Below, one piece after another: positions 37,995 to 49,819 of a stretch of 64,000 nucleotides of DNA (positions are counted from its first letter, which is position 1; each line of letters begins with the position of its first letter). Under the pieces are notes generated by a model. That model saw only the letters and a list, made by a program, of their open reading frames with translations. It was not told where the DNA came from and did no database searches. A program made the position numbers and the translations under genes. The stretch is from Eledone cirrhosa (taxonomy: Eukaryota): positions 177,940,001-178,004,000 of the forward strand of contig OZ024742.1 in NCBI GenBank assembly GCA_964016885.1. Reading direction: 5' to 3'.

Positions 37995-40900
37995 CGCACG
38001 AGGTGACGGAGGTCATGAAATCGCTCCCGTAAGTTTTGAATTTTTAACATATTTAAATCATTTGTGAAATAACAACTCTTAGTACAAATGCTACGTAAAG
38101 CACCCGGCTTGAGCCCCAAAAAATTCGGACCCAAAATATATTGTTATAAGGCTCAAATATTCAAATATTCAACTTTGTACTGTACACTGTATATCCAAAA
38201 AAAAAAATGGCTATAAATGGAAGAAGAAGAACCCCCCCCCCCCCCCTCTCCTCTGGCTACACTATATAGGACAGCTAAACTCACCAACACCAGAAACTAG
38301 ATACACCACCCACCCCATCATCTGTGTACACTAAACACAACAGCATTTTCACCTTCACCGCCACCGCTCACTACGGCCATCATTACCACCACTATCCCAT
38401 CACCGCCGCCACCACCCCTTGACTCCTTCACTGCTGCTGCCACCGCTACAGCACCATCACTACAGTAATACGGTCGCATCACCGCCACCACTGCCTCGGT
38501 ATCGACATCACCACCACCACTGTCTCAGTATCGCCAACGCCGCCAGTCTCCCACTTCTCCCTGCTGGCTGCCACTTCCACATTATAGAATTCCTACTACT
38601 AACAAAGAGGAAGGCATCAAAATATATAGATAGACTCAAAAGAAAAAAGAAAAAACAAACAACAAAACCAAAGCAGCACAGCAACAACAGCAAAAAACGA
38701 GAAAAACAAACAGAGAAAAACAAAAACAAAAAAAGAAACCCCAAAAACGTAAAGAAAATAAGAATGAAGAGAGAAGCAGGCGGACGGACAGAGAAGAGGG
38801 GGGAAAAAGTAAAACTTAAAAAACAAAAACTAAGTCAGACATTCGAATACTACATTACAATGAAACTTATGCTTATTCATTTTTGGGGCCCTTTCTGCCC
38901 GTGTGTTTGTTTGTTTATGTGTGTTCGTATACAGCGTGGTGATAATGCCACACAAGGGCCAAGTGGGATGGCGGATCCACAGATGGCTATGTAAACATAC
39001 ATTCGCCAATCCTCGATAAGAGTGTTTAAATATCGAACATAAACAGTTCGAATAACGGTGAAATGGAGACTAGAACGTCATGTGACAGACTCTCACCCAA
39101 CAGGTGCCCCCTGGCTCAGCAGCAGGAACCTGACTGTCAACCAAATACTGCTGATGTTGGAGGAAGAAGAAGAAGGAAAGGGGCCAGAACCAACTGGACG
39201 AAAGAATTGAATAGAACTGTTATGCAATGCTACCTGAAAAGTAACCCCAAGGAGAGGGGCTACAGGAGACGGATGCATAACATCTGGAACGAGATTGGTT
39301 TATTTAAATTAGATGAACAAAAATTGGCCGGGCAGGCTCGGGTAATAAGAACTAATGGGTGGATAAGCGAGCTGGAACTGGAGGAACTGAGCAGAGAGAA
39401 TGGCTTGGAGATGGCGGGTGTAGTATGCCAGACAAGCGAGCCGGCGGGAAATGAAGGTGAGGAGGTCCTGAGAACGGAGGAACCACCCGAAGCAGACAAT
39501 GATCTGAATACTGAGATAAATAATACCTGGAACAGAGATACGGCCACTGAGGAGATGAATGCTGACGGGCTAGGACAAGATTCGGTTGACATCCTAAATT
39601 TAGTGGTAGATGAGTTGAACAATGATAGTGGGAGACCTATGAACCTAAGATTTGTAGACAGGAAAAAGTTAAAAGAAACAACAGCTAAGGTAAACAAAGT
39701 CATCCCATACCTTGAGGCGAGGAGTCTTCACCAGTGCAACAATATCCTCAAAGCAACAGCAAATACGGTGAGGAAACTACTTGGTATAAAAGCGAGAGGA
39801 AACAACAGACAAGAAAGAGCAGAGCCGTGGTGGAAGAAGCGACTGAGTGGCCAAATCGGGGAAATGAGAAATGACATAGGAAAGCTTGAGTCACTACTGA
39901 ATGGGACACTAAAAAACATAGGCACTAAAAATAGACTGGAAATAAAATACAAAACTAGGAGTAAAAAGCTAAATATTATCATAGAGGAATTGAAGCAACG
40001 CATTGTAGCAAAGAGTGCCAAAATCAGGCGATACGAGAACAGAGTCAGTCAGTATAAACAGAACCGCATGTTCGACAACAACCAGAAGATGCTGTTTGGA
40101 CAGCTTGAGGGGAAAGAAAGAGGCAACGACTTGATCCCTGGGGCGGAACCAGCTAAAACATTCTGGAGAGGAATATGGGAGCAGGATGTTAGACACAATG
40201 CCCAGGCAGGGTGGATTGAGACAGTACAGAGGGAGATCGGTGAGCAGGCACAACAACAGACTGATTTGAGTATCACAGTTGAAACTCTTAAGGGGCAAGC
40301 CAAAAAACTAACCAACTGGAAATCACCAGGCCCAGATGGTGTGCAGGGGTATTGGATTAAACATTTAACATCCCTCCACCCGAAGCTGACGGCCATGTTC
40401 AATGACTGCTTGGTGTCGGGTGAGGTGCCAGAGTGGTTGACAAAAGGTACCACAGTTCTGATAATGAAAGACCGAATCAAGGGTAATGATGTTACCAACT
40501 ATAGACCTATCACATGTCTGCCCGTAATGTGGAAACTGTTGACGAGCATTGTGTCTGAGGAAATCTACCATCACCTCCACACAAACAACTTGTTACCGGA
40601 CGAACAGAAAGGATGCCGAAAGAAGTCACGTGGTACAAAGGACCAGTTGCTTATTGATAAGATGGTAATGGGGAATTGCAGGAGGAGACACACTGATCTT
40701 GCCATGGGATGGATAGACTACAGAAAGGCATTTGACATGGTGCCTCATTCCTGGATCACCAAAAGCCTGGAGGTCTTCAGGGTGGCAGATAACATCAGAC
40801 AGTTGCTGGGCAGGAGTATGGGGTCCTGGGAGACAGAGTTGACATCAACTGGAATATCCTTGGGAAGCGTGAAGATCAAGAGAGGTATCTTCCAGGGAGA

Positions 40901-42538
40901 TAGCCTGTCCCCTCTGTTGTTTGTCCTTGCCCTGATGCCCTTGACCATTATGCTGCGAAAAGTGAGAGCAGGATACAAGTTGGGAAGGGGAGAGCTTACC
41001 ATCAATCACCTCCTCTTCATGGACGATCTTAAGCTCTTCGGGAAAAGTGAGAAGGAGTTGGATGTGCTTGTTGACACTGTCCGTATTTTCAGCAGTGATA
41101 TATGTATGCAGTTTGGTATTGGTAAATGTGGAGTCATTGTGATGAAGAGGGGTAGGTTGAGCAGAAGTAACGGGATCCAGATACCAACAGGTGAGATGAT
41201 AAAGGAAATTGACTCTGAGGAAGGATACAAGTATTTGGGCGTTCTGGAGGCTGATGGCATAAAGAACAAAAAAATGAAGGAATTGTTAAGAACTGAATAC
41301 ATTCGGAGAGTAAGGAGCGTATTGAAGTCACATCTGAACAGCAGAAATGCCATAAGCGCAGTAAATTCCCGAGCTGTGTCTATTATTAGGTACAGTGCGG
41401 GAATTCTGAGATGGAATGTTGCTGAACAAAAAGAAATGGATAGGAAGACTAGGAAGCTATTGACTATCTACAACATGTTCCACAAGAGGAGTGATGTCGA
41501 TAGACTCTACCTAAGGAGATCTGAGGGTGGAAGAGGTCTTATCAGCATAGAGGACTGTGTTCAGATGGAGAAAAACAACCTATACAAATACGTGACCTAT
41601 AGTAAGGAGCCAATGCTCAGAACTGTACTGAAGGAGGGGACAGTAGGCCAGGGGATGTCCAAGGAGGAAATAACATCAAGGAGGGAGAGCAGCCTTAAGG
41701 GAAAATCCCTTCATAGTACCTTCTTTGAGAAAACTGAATTTAGAGATCCACAGACATGGAACTGGTTGAGAAGAGGAGACCTCAAAAAGGCTACAGAAGG
41801 AATGCTAATGGCTGCGCAGGAGCAGGCCCTCAAAACGAAGTGGTTTAAGCACCATATTTACAAGGAGGAGGCTAGCCCACTGTGCAGGATCTGTGGAGAG
41901 AGAGAGGAGACTGTGGCTCACATTGTGTCCAAGTGTAAACACCTAGCCCAGACCCACTATAAGGGCTGGAGACACGATGTGATGGGCAGGGTGATCCACT
42001 GGCACCTGTGCAAAGTAAACAATCTACCACATTCTGAGAAATGGTATGAGCATAGGCCAGAGGCGCTGATGGAGAACAGTCAGGTGAAGGTGCTGTGGGA
42101 TTTTAGGATACAGACGGACAAAAAACTGGAACACAATAGACCTGACCTGGTGGTTGTGGACAAAGAAAAAAGATCGTGCCTGATTGTGGATGTGGCCTGC
42201 CCGTTCGACACGAGAGTGCAAGAGAAGGAGAGGGAGAAAATTAACCGATACCAGGACCTAAAGTGGGAGGTGAAAAGGATTTGGAACTGCCATGAAGTCA
42301 AAGTGATCCCGATTGTCATAGGCGCACTGGGGACTATCTCCAAAGGTTTCCAGGGATGGTTAAAGAAAATCGGCCCATTCACGCTTTTTGGAACGCTTCA
42401 AAAGGCATGCTTGCTTGGAACAGCAAGAACCCTCCGATACGTCCTGAATATCTGAGGCTGCAGGTAGTGGTTTGATATTCAATCCAACGGACTTTCCAGT
42501 TAACCAACATCAATGACTGAGATTCAAGGAATAACAAC

Positions 42539-42570
<32 letters not shown>
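37995..42570 (+). mobile_element. Apparently full-length R4/Dong-clade non-LTR retrotransposon (D1) in (AAT)n
   Basis: (AAT)n on both sides (37947-37994 and 42531-42570), single ORF, short 3' UTR. The upstream region 38570-39060 is shared with copy D3. The 5' boundary is inferred. Confidence 0.85.
39063..42455 (+). CDS. Intact 1130-aa RT + CCHC + restriction-like (REL) endonuclease protein, R4/Dong clade
   Basis: [104 protein letters not shown]. No stops. Confidence 0.95.
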   Translation: METRTSCDRLSPNRCPLAQQQEPDCQPNTADVGGRRRRKGARTNWTKELNRTVMQCYLKSNPKERGYRRRMHNIWNEIGLFKLDEQKLAGQARVIRTNGWISELELEELSRENGLEMAGVVCQTSEPAGNEGEEVLRTEEPPEADNDLNTEINNTWNRDTATEEMNADGLGQDSVDILNLVVDELNNDSGRPMNLRFVDRKKLKETTAKVNKVIPYLEARSLHQCNNILKATANTVRKLLGIKARGNNRQERAEPWWKKRLSGQIGEMRNDIGKLESLLNGTLKNIGTKNRLEIKYKTRSKKLNIIIEELKQRIVAKSAKIRRYENRVSQYKQNRMFDNNQKMLFGQLEGKERGNDLIPGAEPAKTFWRGIWEQDVRHNAQAGWIETVQREIGEQAQQQTDLSITVETLKGQAKKLTNWKSPGPDGVQGYWIKHLTSLHPKLTAMFNDCLVSGEVPEWLTKGTTVLIMKDRIKGNDVTNYRPITCLPVMWKLLTSIVSEEIYHHLHTNNLLPDEQKGCRKKSRGTKDQLLIDKMVMGNCRRRHTDLAMGWIDYRKAFDMVPHSWITKSLEVFRVADNIRQLLGRSMGSWETELTSTGISLGSVKIKRGIFQGDSLSPLLFVLALMPLTIMLRKVRAGYKLGRGELTINHLLFMDDLKLFGKSEKELDVLVDTVRIFSSDICMQFGIGKCGVIVMKRGRLSRSNGIQIPTGEMIKEIDSEEGYKYLGVLEADGIKNKKMKELLRTEYIRRVRSVLKSHLNSRNAISAVNSRAVSIIRYSAGILRWNVAEQKEMDRKTRKLLTIYNMFHKRSDVDRLYLRRSEGGRGLISIEDCVQMEKNNLYKYVTYSKEPMLRTVLKEGTVGQGMSKEEITSRRESSLKGKSLHSTFFEKTEFRDPQTWNWLRRGDLKKATEGMLMAAQEQALKTKWFKHHIYKEEASPLCRICGEREETVAHIVSKCKHLAQTHYKGWRHDVMGRVIHWHLCKVNNLPHSEKWYEHRPEALMENSQVKVLWDFRIQTDKKLEHNRPDLVVVDKEKRSCLIVDVACPFDTRVQEKEREKINRYQDLKWEVKRIWNCHEVKVIPIVIGALGTISKGFQGWLKKIGPFTLFGTLQKACLLGTARTLRYVLNI

Positions 42571-42574
<4 letters not shown>

Positions 42575-42595
42575 ATCACTGGAAGCTGGAGAAGT

Positions 42596-43979
42596 AACGG
42601 GATCCAGATACCAACAGGTGAGATGATAAAGGAAATTGACTCTGAGGAAGGATACAAGTATTTGGGCGTTCTGGAGGCTGATGGCATAAAGAACAAAAAA
42701 ATGAAGGAATTGTTAAGAACTGAATACATTCGGAGAATAAGGAGCGTATTGAAGTCACATCTGAACAGCAGAAATGCCATAAGCGCAGTAAATTCCCGAG
42801 CTGTGTCTATTATTAGGTACAGTGCGGGAATTCTGAGATGGAATGTTGCTGAACAAAAAGAAATGGATAGGAAGACTAGGAAGCTATTGACTATCTACAA
42901 CATGTTCCACAAGTGGAGTGATGTCGATAGACTCTACCTAAGGAGATCTGAGGGTGGAAGAGGTCTTATCAGCATAGAGGACTGTGTTCAGATGGAGAAA
43001 AGCAACCTATACAAATACGTGACCTATAGTAAGGAGCCAATGCTCAGAGCTGTACTGAAGGAGGGGACAGTAGGCCAGGGGATGTCCAAGGAGGAAATAA
43101 CATCAAGGAGGAAGAGCAGCCTTAAGGGAAAATCCCTTCATAGTACCTTCTTTGAGAAAACTGAATTTAGAGATCCACAGACATGGAACTGGTTGAGAAG
43201 AGGAGACCTCAAAAAGGCTACAGAAGGAATGCTAATGGCTGCGCAGGAGCAGGCCCTCAAAACGAAGTGGTTGAAGCACCATATTTACAAGGAGGAGGCT
43301 AGCCCACTGTGCAGGATCTGTGGAGAGAGAGAGGAGACTGTGGCTCACATTGTGTCCGAGTGTAAACACCTAGCCCAGACCCACTATAAGGGCTGGAGAC
43401 ACGATGTGATGGGCAGAGTGATCCACTGGCACCCGTGCAAAGTAAACAATTTACCACATTCTGAGAAATGGTATGAGCATAGGCCAGAGGCGGTGATGGA
43501 GAACAATCAGGTGAAGGTGCTGTGGGATTTTAGGATACAGACGGACAAAAAACTGGAACACAATAGACCTGACCTGGTGGTTGTGGACAAAGAAAAAAGA
43601 TCGTGTCTGATTGTGGATGTGGCCTGCCCGTTCGACACGAGAGTGCAAGAGAAGGAGAGGGAGAAAATTAACCGATACCAGGACCTAAAGTGGGAGGTGA
43701 AAAGGATTTGGAACTGCCATGAAGTCAAAGTCATCCCGATTGTCATAGGCGCACTGGGGACTATCTCCAAAAGTTTCCAGGGATGGTTAAAGAAAATCGG
43801 CCCCTTCACGCTTTTTGGAACGCTTCAAAAGGCATGCTTGCTTGGAACAGCAAGAACCCTCCGATACGTCCTGAATATCTGAGGCTGCAGGTAGTGGCTT
43901 GATATTCAATCCAACGGACTTTCCAGTTAACCAACATCAATGACTGAGATTCAAGGATTAACAACATTAATAATAATAA
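42596..43979 (+). mobile_element. 5'-truncated copy D2 of the same R4/Dong family (open 419-aa C-terminal ORF 42623..43882)
   Basis: Near-identical to D1 41168-42530. Flanked by a duplicated CAAAATCACTGGAAGCTGGAGAAGT (42571-42595 and 43980-44004). Confidence 0.92.
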
Positions 43980-45850
43980 CAAAATCACTGGAAGCTGGAG
44001 AAGTTAATATTAATTGTGGAATTTTTCAGGGTGACTCTTTATCACCGCTTTTATTCTGCATCGCACTTATACCATTAAGTAAAGTGCTCAATGAAACAAA
44101 ACATGGATATAGAGTCTATGACAAAACCATTAATCACCTGTTCTACATGGATGACCTGAAACTATTTGCAAAAAATGATGAACAATTGCAAGGCCTATTA
44201 TCCACTGTGAAGCAGTTCAGTGATGACATTAAAATGGAGTTTGGACTGGATAAATGCGCCAAAGCAACGTTCACCAGAGGAAAGCTGCTGAAGAGTTCAG
44301 ACATTAATCTTGATCGGGGGAACGTGATAAGAGAGCTTGATCAAGAAAAAACTTACAAATATCTAGGTGTTTGTGAAGGAGACGGAATCAAGCACTCGAC
44401 AATGAGGGAAAGGATAAGGAAGGAATGTTACCGCAGAGTCAGAGCAATCTTAAGAACGGAATTGAATGCAAGGAATAGGATCGATGCCATAAACACGCTT
44501 GCCATACCAGTAGTAACCTACAGTTACAATGTCATCAACTGGTCAAGCACAGAGATCCGTAGGCTCTATACAAAAATCCGAAAATTCTTAACCATGCACA
44601 GAATGCATCACCCTAAGGCAGACATAGATAGAATATATCTCCCTAGGAAAGAAGGAGGACGTCGGTTAATCCAGTTAGACATTGCGTTGAAAACTGCAAC
44701 AATTGGATTATCCACATATCTAAGGGAATCACATGATTAGATGATCAAACTCGTTTTGAAACACGAAAGCACCAAAAGATCATATTCCATTACAAAAGAT
44801 GCACAAAGATACAGTAATGGACTACAAATTTCAGAAGTCCCATTTACTGCTGAAATGGAAAACACAGAAAAAGTAAAGCAGGTAAAAGTAGCTGCAAAGA
44901 AAGAACTGCTACAGAAACTGGCTAAGAAATGGCAAGAAAAGCCTCTGTATGGAAAATACCCAGAGCGAGCTAACAATCCTGATGTTGACAAAACTTTAAC
45001 CCATCAGTGGTTGGCATCCTCTGGACTGAAATCGGAGACTGAAGGACTGATTATATCGGCGCAAGATCAGTGTCTGCCAACAAAAAATTACCAAGCCAAC
45101 ATAATAAAAAATGGGTGCAGCCCATTATGCCGTGTATGCAAAAAACAACCAGAGACCATTGACCATATAATTTCAATGTGCAGTCCTATAGCTCCAACCG
45201 AATACCTAAACAGGCATGACAGAGCTGCACAATACATACATTGGATAATGTGTAAGCATTTTGACCTGCCCCATCAAAAGAATTGGTGGGAGCATCAACC
45301 ACCTCCCATACTTGAAAAAGATCACATCTCAATCTTGTGGAACTTTAGCATCCAAACAAACCGAAAAATAGATGCAAATAGACCTGATATAATATTGAAG
45401 GACTTTCAAAGGAGGGTATGCCTGCTAATTGATATGTCTGTTCCAATAGACAAGAATGTATCTATAAAAACATTTGAAAAATTGAGCAAGTATAAGGACC
45501 TGGAGATAGAAATTGGAAAAATGTGGAAATTGAGAACTAAAACAATACCAGTGGTTGTAGGGGCTCTGGGAATGATACCTAAGGGGCCTAACGACTACTT
45601 ATCGCAAATCCCAGGAAACCCGCGTATAGGAGAAATACAAAAGATAGTACTAATGGGAACTGCCCATATACTAAGGAAGATCCTGTCAATATAAGTACAT
45701 CACAAGTCTAAACACTAAGGATGCATGTGTGAATATGTATGTCTTTCTTGAACATGGCGGACCTTGTTGTCTCTTGAGGTCACTGGTTGTGACTAGGTGA
45801 TAACTCGTATGAACATAAAGCAAGATAAATGCAAATAATAATAATAATAA
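43980..45850 (+). mobile_element. 5'-truncated R4/Dong element of a second family (E), one nonsense codon
   Basis: [55 protein letters not shown] at 44738. (AAT)n tail. Confidence 0.9.
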
Positions 45851-48800
45851 TGCTAGTTGCTGCTAGCACAGCACCGCCACCACATTGTAGAATTCCTACT
45901 AAAAAAGAGGAAGGAATCAAAATATATAGATAGACTCAAAAGAAAAAACAAAAATCAAAATCAAAGCAGCACAGCAACAACAACGAAAAAAAACAAAAAA
46001 AAAAAACAAAAAAAAAAAACGTAAAGAAAATAAGAATGAAGAGAGAAACAAACGGACGGACAGAGAAAGTAAGGGAAAAACTAAGTCAGACATTCGAACA
46101 CTACATTACAATGAAACTTATGCTTATTCATTTTGGGGTTTTTTTCTGCCTGTTTGTTTGTTTGTTTATTTGTGTTCGTCTACAGCGTGATAATGCCACA
46201 CAAGAGCCACGTGGAGTGACGCAACCACCGGAGGCGGTGAATCCACCGATGGTTATGTAGCCATACATTCGGCAATCCTCGATAAGAGTGTTTAAATGTC
46301 GAACCTAAACAGTTCGAATAACGGTGAAATGGAGACTAGAACGTCATGTGACAGACTCTCACCCAACAGGTGCTCCCTGGCTCAGCAGCAGGGACCTGGC
46401 TGTCAACCAAATACTGCTGGTGGCGGAGGAAGAAGAAGAAGGAAAGGGACCAGAACCAACTGGACGAAAGAATTGAATAGAACTGTTATGCAATGTTACC
46501 TGAAAAGTAACCCCAAGGAGAGGGGCTATAGGAAACGGATGCATAACGTCTGGAACCAGATTGGTCTATTTAAATTAGATGAACAAAAATTGGCCGGGCA
46601 GGCTCGGGTAATAAGAACTAATGGGTGGATAAGCGAGCTGGAACTGGAGGAACTGAGCAGAGAGATTAGCTTGGAGATGGAGGGTGGAGTATGCCAGGCA
46701 AACGAGCCAGTGGGAAATGAAGGTGAAGAGGTCGAGAGAACGGAGGAACCACCCGAAGCAGACAATGATCTGAATACTGAGATAAATAATACCTGGAACA
46801 GAGATACGGCCACTGAGGAGATGAATGCTGACGGGCTAGGAAAAGATTTGGTTGATATCCTAAATTTAGTGGTAGATGAATTGAACAATGATAGTGGGAG
46901 ACCTATGAACCTAAGATTTGTAGACAGGAAAAAGTTAAAAGAAACAACAGCTAAGGTAAACAAAGTCATCCCATACCTTGAGGCGAGGAGCCTTCACCAG
47001 TGCAACAATATCCTCAAAGCAACAGCAAATACGGTGAGGAAATTACTTGGTATAAAAGCGAGAGGAAACAACAGACAAGAAAGAGCAGAGCCTTGGTGGA
47101 AGAAACGACTGAGTGGTCAAATCAGGGAAATGAGAAATGACATTGAAAAGCTTGAGTCCCTACTTAATGGGACACTAAAAAACATAGACACTAAAAATAG
47201 ACTGGAAATAAAGTACAAAACTAGGAGGAAAAAGCTAAATATTATCATAGAGGAACTGAAGCAACGCATTGTAGCAAAGAGTGCAAAAATCAGGCGATAC
47301 GAGAACAGAGTCAGTCAGTATAAACAGAACCGCATGTTCGACAACAACCAGAAGATGCTGTTTGGACAGCTTGAAGGGAAAGAAAGAGGCAACGACTTGA
47401 TCCCTGAGGCGGAACAAACTAAAACATTCTGGAGAGGAATATGCGAACAGGATGTTAGACATAATGACTAGGCAGTGTGGATTGAGACAGTACAGAGGGA
47501 GTTAAGTGAACAGGCACACCAACAAACTGATTTGAGTATCACAGTTGAAACTCTTAAGGGGCAGGCCAAAAAACTAACCAACTGGAAATCACTAGGCCCA
47601 GATGGTGTGCAGGGGTATTTGATTAAAAATATAACATCCCTCCACCTGAAACTGACAACCACGTTCAATGACTGCTTGATGTCAGGTGAGGTACCAGAGT
47701 GGTTAACAAAAGGTACCACAGTTCTGATAATGAAAGACCGTAATCAAGGGTAATGATGTTACTATAGACCTATCACATGTCTGTCCGTAATGTGGAAACT
47801 GTTGATGAGCATTGTGTCTGAGGAAATCTACCATCACCTCATATACAAACAACTTGTTACCGGACGAACAGAAAGGATGCCGAAAGAAGTCACATGGTAC
47901 AAAGGACCAGTTACTTATTGATAAGATGGTAATGGGGAATTGCAGGAGGAGACACACTGATCTTGCCATGGGATGGATAGACTACAGAAAGGCATTTGAC
48001 ATGGTGCCTCATTCTTGGATCACCAAAAGCCTGGAGATCTTCAAGGTGGCAGATAACATCAGACAGTTGTTGGGCAAAAGTATGAGGTCCTGGGAAACAG
48101 AGTTGACATCAACTGGAGAATCCTTGGGAAGCGTGAAGATCAAGAGAGGTATCTTCCAGGGAGATAGCCTGTCCCCTCTGTTGTTTGTCCTTGCCCTGAT
48201 GCCCCTGACCAGTGTACTGCCAAAAGTGAGAGCAGGATACAGGTTGGGAAAGGGAGGGCTTACCATCAATCACCTCCTCTTCATGGACGATCTTAAGCTC
48301 TTCGGGAAGAGTGAGAAGGAGTTAGATGTGCTTGTTGACACTGTCCGTATTTTCAGCAGTGATATATGTATGCAATTTGGTATTAGTAAGTGCGGAGTCA
48401 TTGTGATGAGGAGGGGTAGGTTGAGCAGAAGTAACGGAATCCAGATACCAACAGGTGAGATGATAAAGGAAATTGACTCTGAGGAAGGATACAAGTATTT
48501 GGGCGTTCTGGAGGCTGATGCCATAAAGAACAAAAAAATGAAGGAATTGTTAAGAACTGAATACATTCGGAGAATAAGGAGCGTATTGAAGTCACATCTG
48601 AACAGCAGAAATGCCATAAGCGCAGTAAATTCCCGAGCTGTGTAAATTATTAGGTACAGTGCGGGAATTCTGAGATGGAATGTTGCTGAACAAAAAGAAA
48701 TGGATAGGAAGATTAGGAAGCTATTGACTATCTACAACATGTTACACAAGAGGAGTGATGTCGATAGACTCTACTTAAGGAGATCTGAGGGTGGAAGAGG

Positions 48801-49819
48801 TCTTACCAGCATAGAGGGCTGTGTTCAGATGGAGAAAAACAACCTACACAAATACGTGACTGATAGTAAGGAGCCAATGCTCAGAACTGTACTGAAGGAG
48901 GGGACAATAGGCCTGGGGATGTCCAAGGAGGAAATAACATCAAGGAGAAAGAGCAGCCTTCAGGAAAAATCCCTTCATAGTACCTTCTTTGAGAAAACTG
49001 AATTTAGAGATCCACAGATATGGAACTGGTTGAAAAGAGGAGACGTTAAAAAGACTACAGAAGGAATGTTAATGGCTGCGCAGGAGCAGGCCCTCAAAAC
49101 GAAGTGGTTGAAACACCATATTTACAAGGAGGAGGCTAGCCCACTGTGCAGGATCTGTGGAGAGAGAGAGAGGAGACTGTGGCTTACATTGTATCCGAGT
49201 GTAAACACCTAGCCCAGACCCACTATAAGGGCTGGAGACATGATGTGATGGGCAAGGTGATCCACTGGCACCTGTGCAAAGTAAACAATTTACCACATTC
49301 TGAGAAATGGTATGAGCATAAGCCAGAGGCGGTGATAGAGAACGATCAGGTGAAGGTGCTGTGGGATTTTAGGATACAGACGGACAAGAAACTGGAACAC
49401 AATAGACCTGACCTGGTCGTTGTGGACAAAGAAAAAAGATCGTGCCTGATTGTGGATGTGGCCTGCCCATTCGACACGAGAGTGCAAGAGAAGGAGAGGG
49501 AGAAAAGTAACCGATACCAAGACTTAAAGTGGGAGGTAAGTTGGAACTGCCATGAAGTCAAAGTGATCCCGATTGTCATAGGCGCACTGGGGACTATCTC
49601 CAAAAGTTTCCAGGGATGGTTAAAGAAAATCGGCCCCTTTACGTTTTTTGGAACGCTTCAAATGTCATGCTTGCTGGGACCAGCAAGAACCCTCAGATAC
49701 GTCCTGAATATCTGAGGCTGCAGGTAGTGGCTTGATATTCATTCCAACAAACTTTCCAGTTAACTAACATCAATGACTGAGAATCAAGGAGTAATAACAA
49801 TAATAATAATAATAATAAT
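45851..49819 (+). mobile_element. Near full-length degenerate copy D3 of the R4/Dong family
   Basis: ORF pieces 46296..47471, 47475..47753, 47812..48645, 48700..49212 and 49146..49715 are colinear with D1. Same 3' UTR and (AAT)n tail. Confidence 0.92.

Noticed and set aside
38419-38994. 191-aa ORF upstream of D1 as an ORF1
   Set aside because: Low-complexity His/Pro/Lys sequence with a non-ATG start; the frame is not conserved in the D3 leader; R4 elements have a single ORF.
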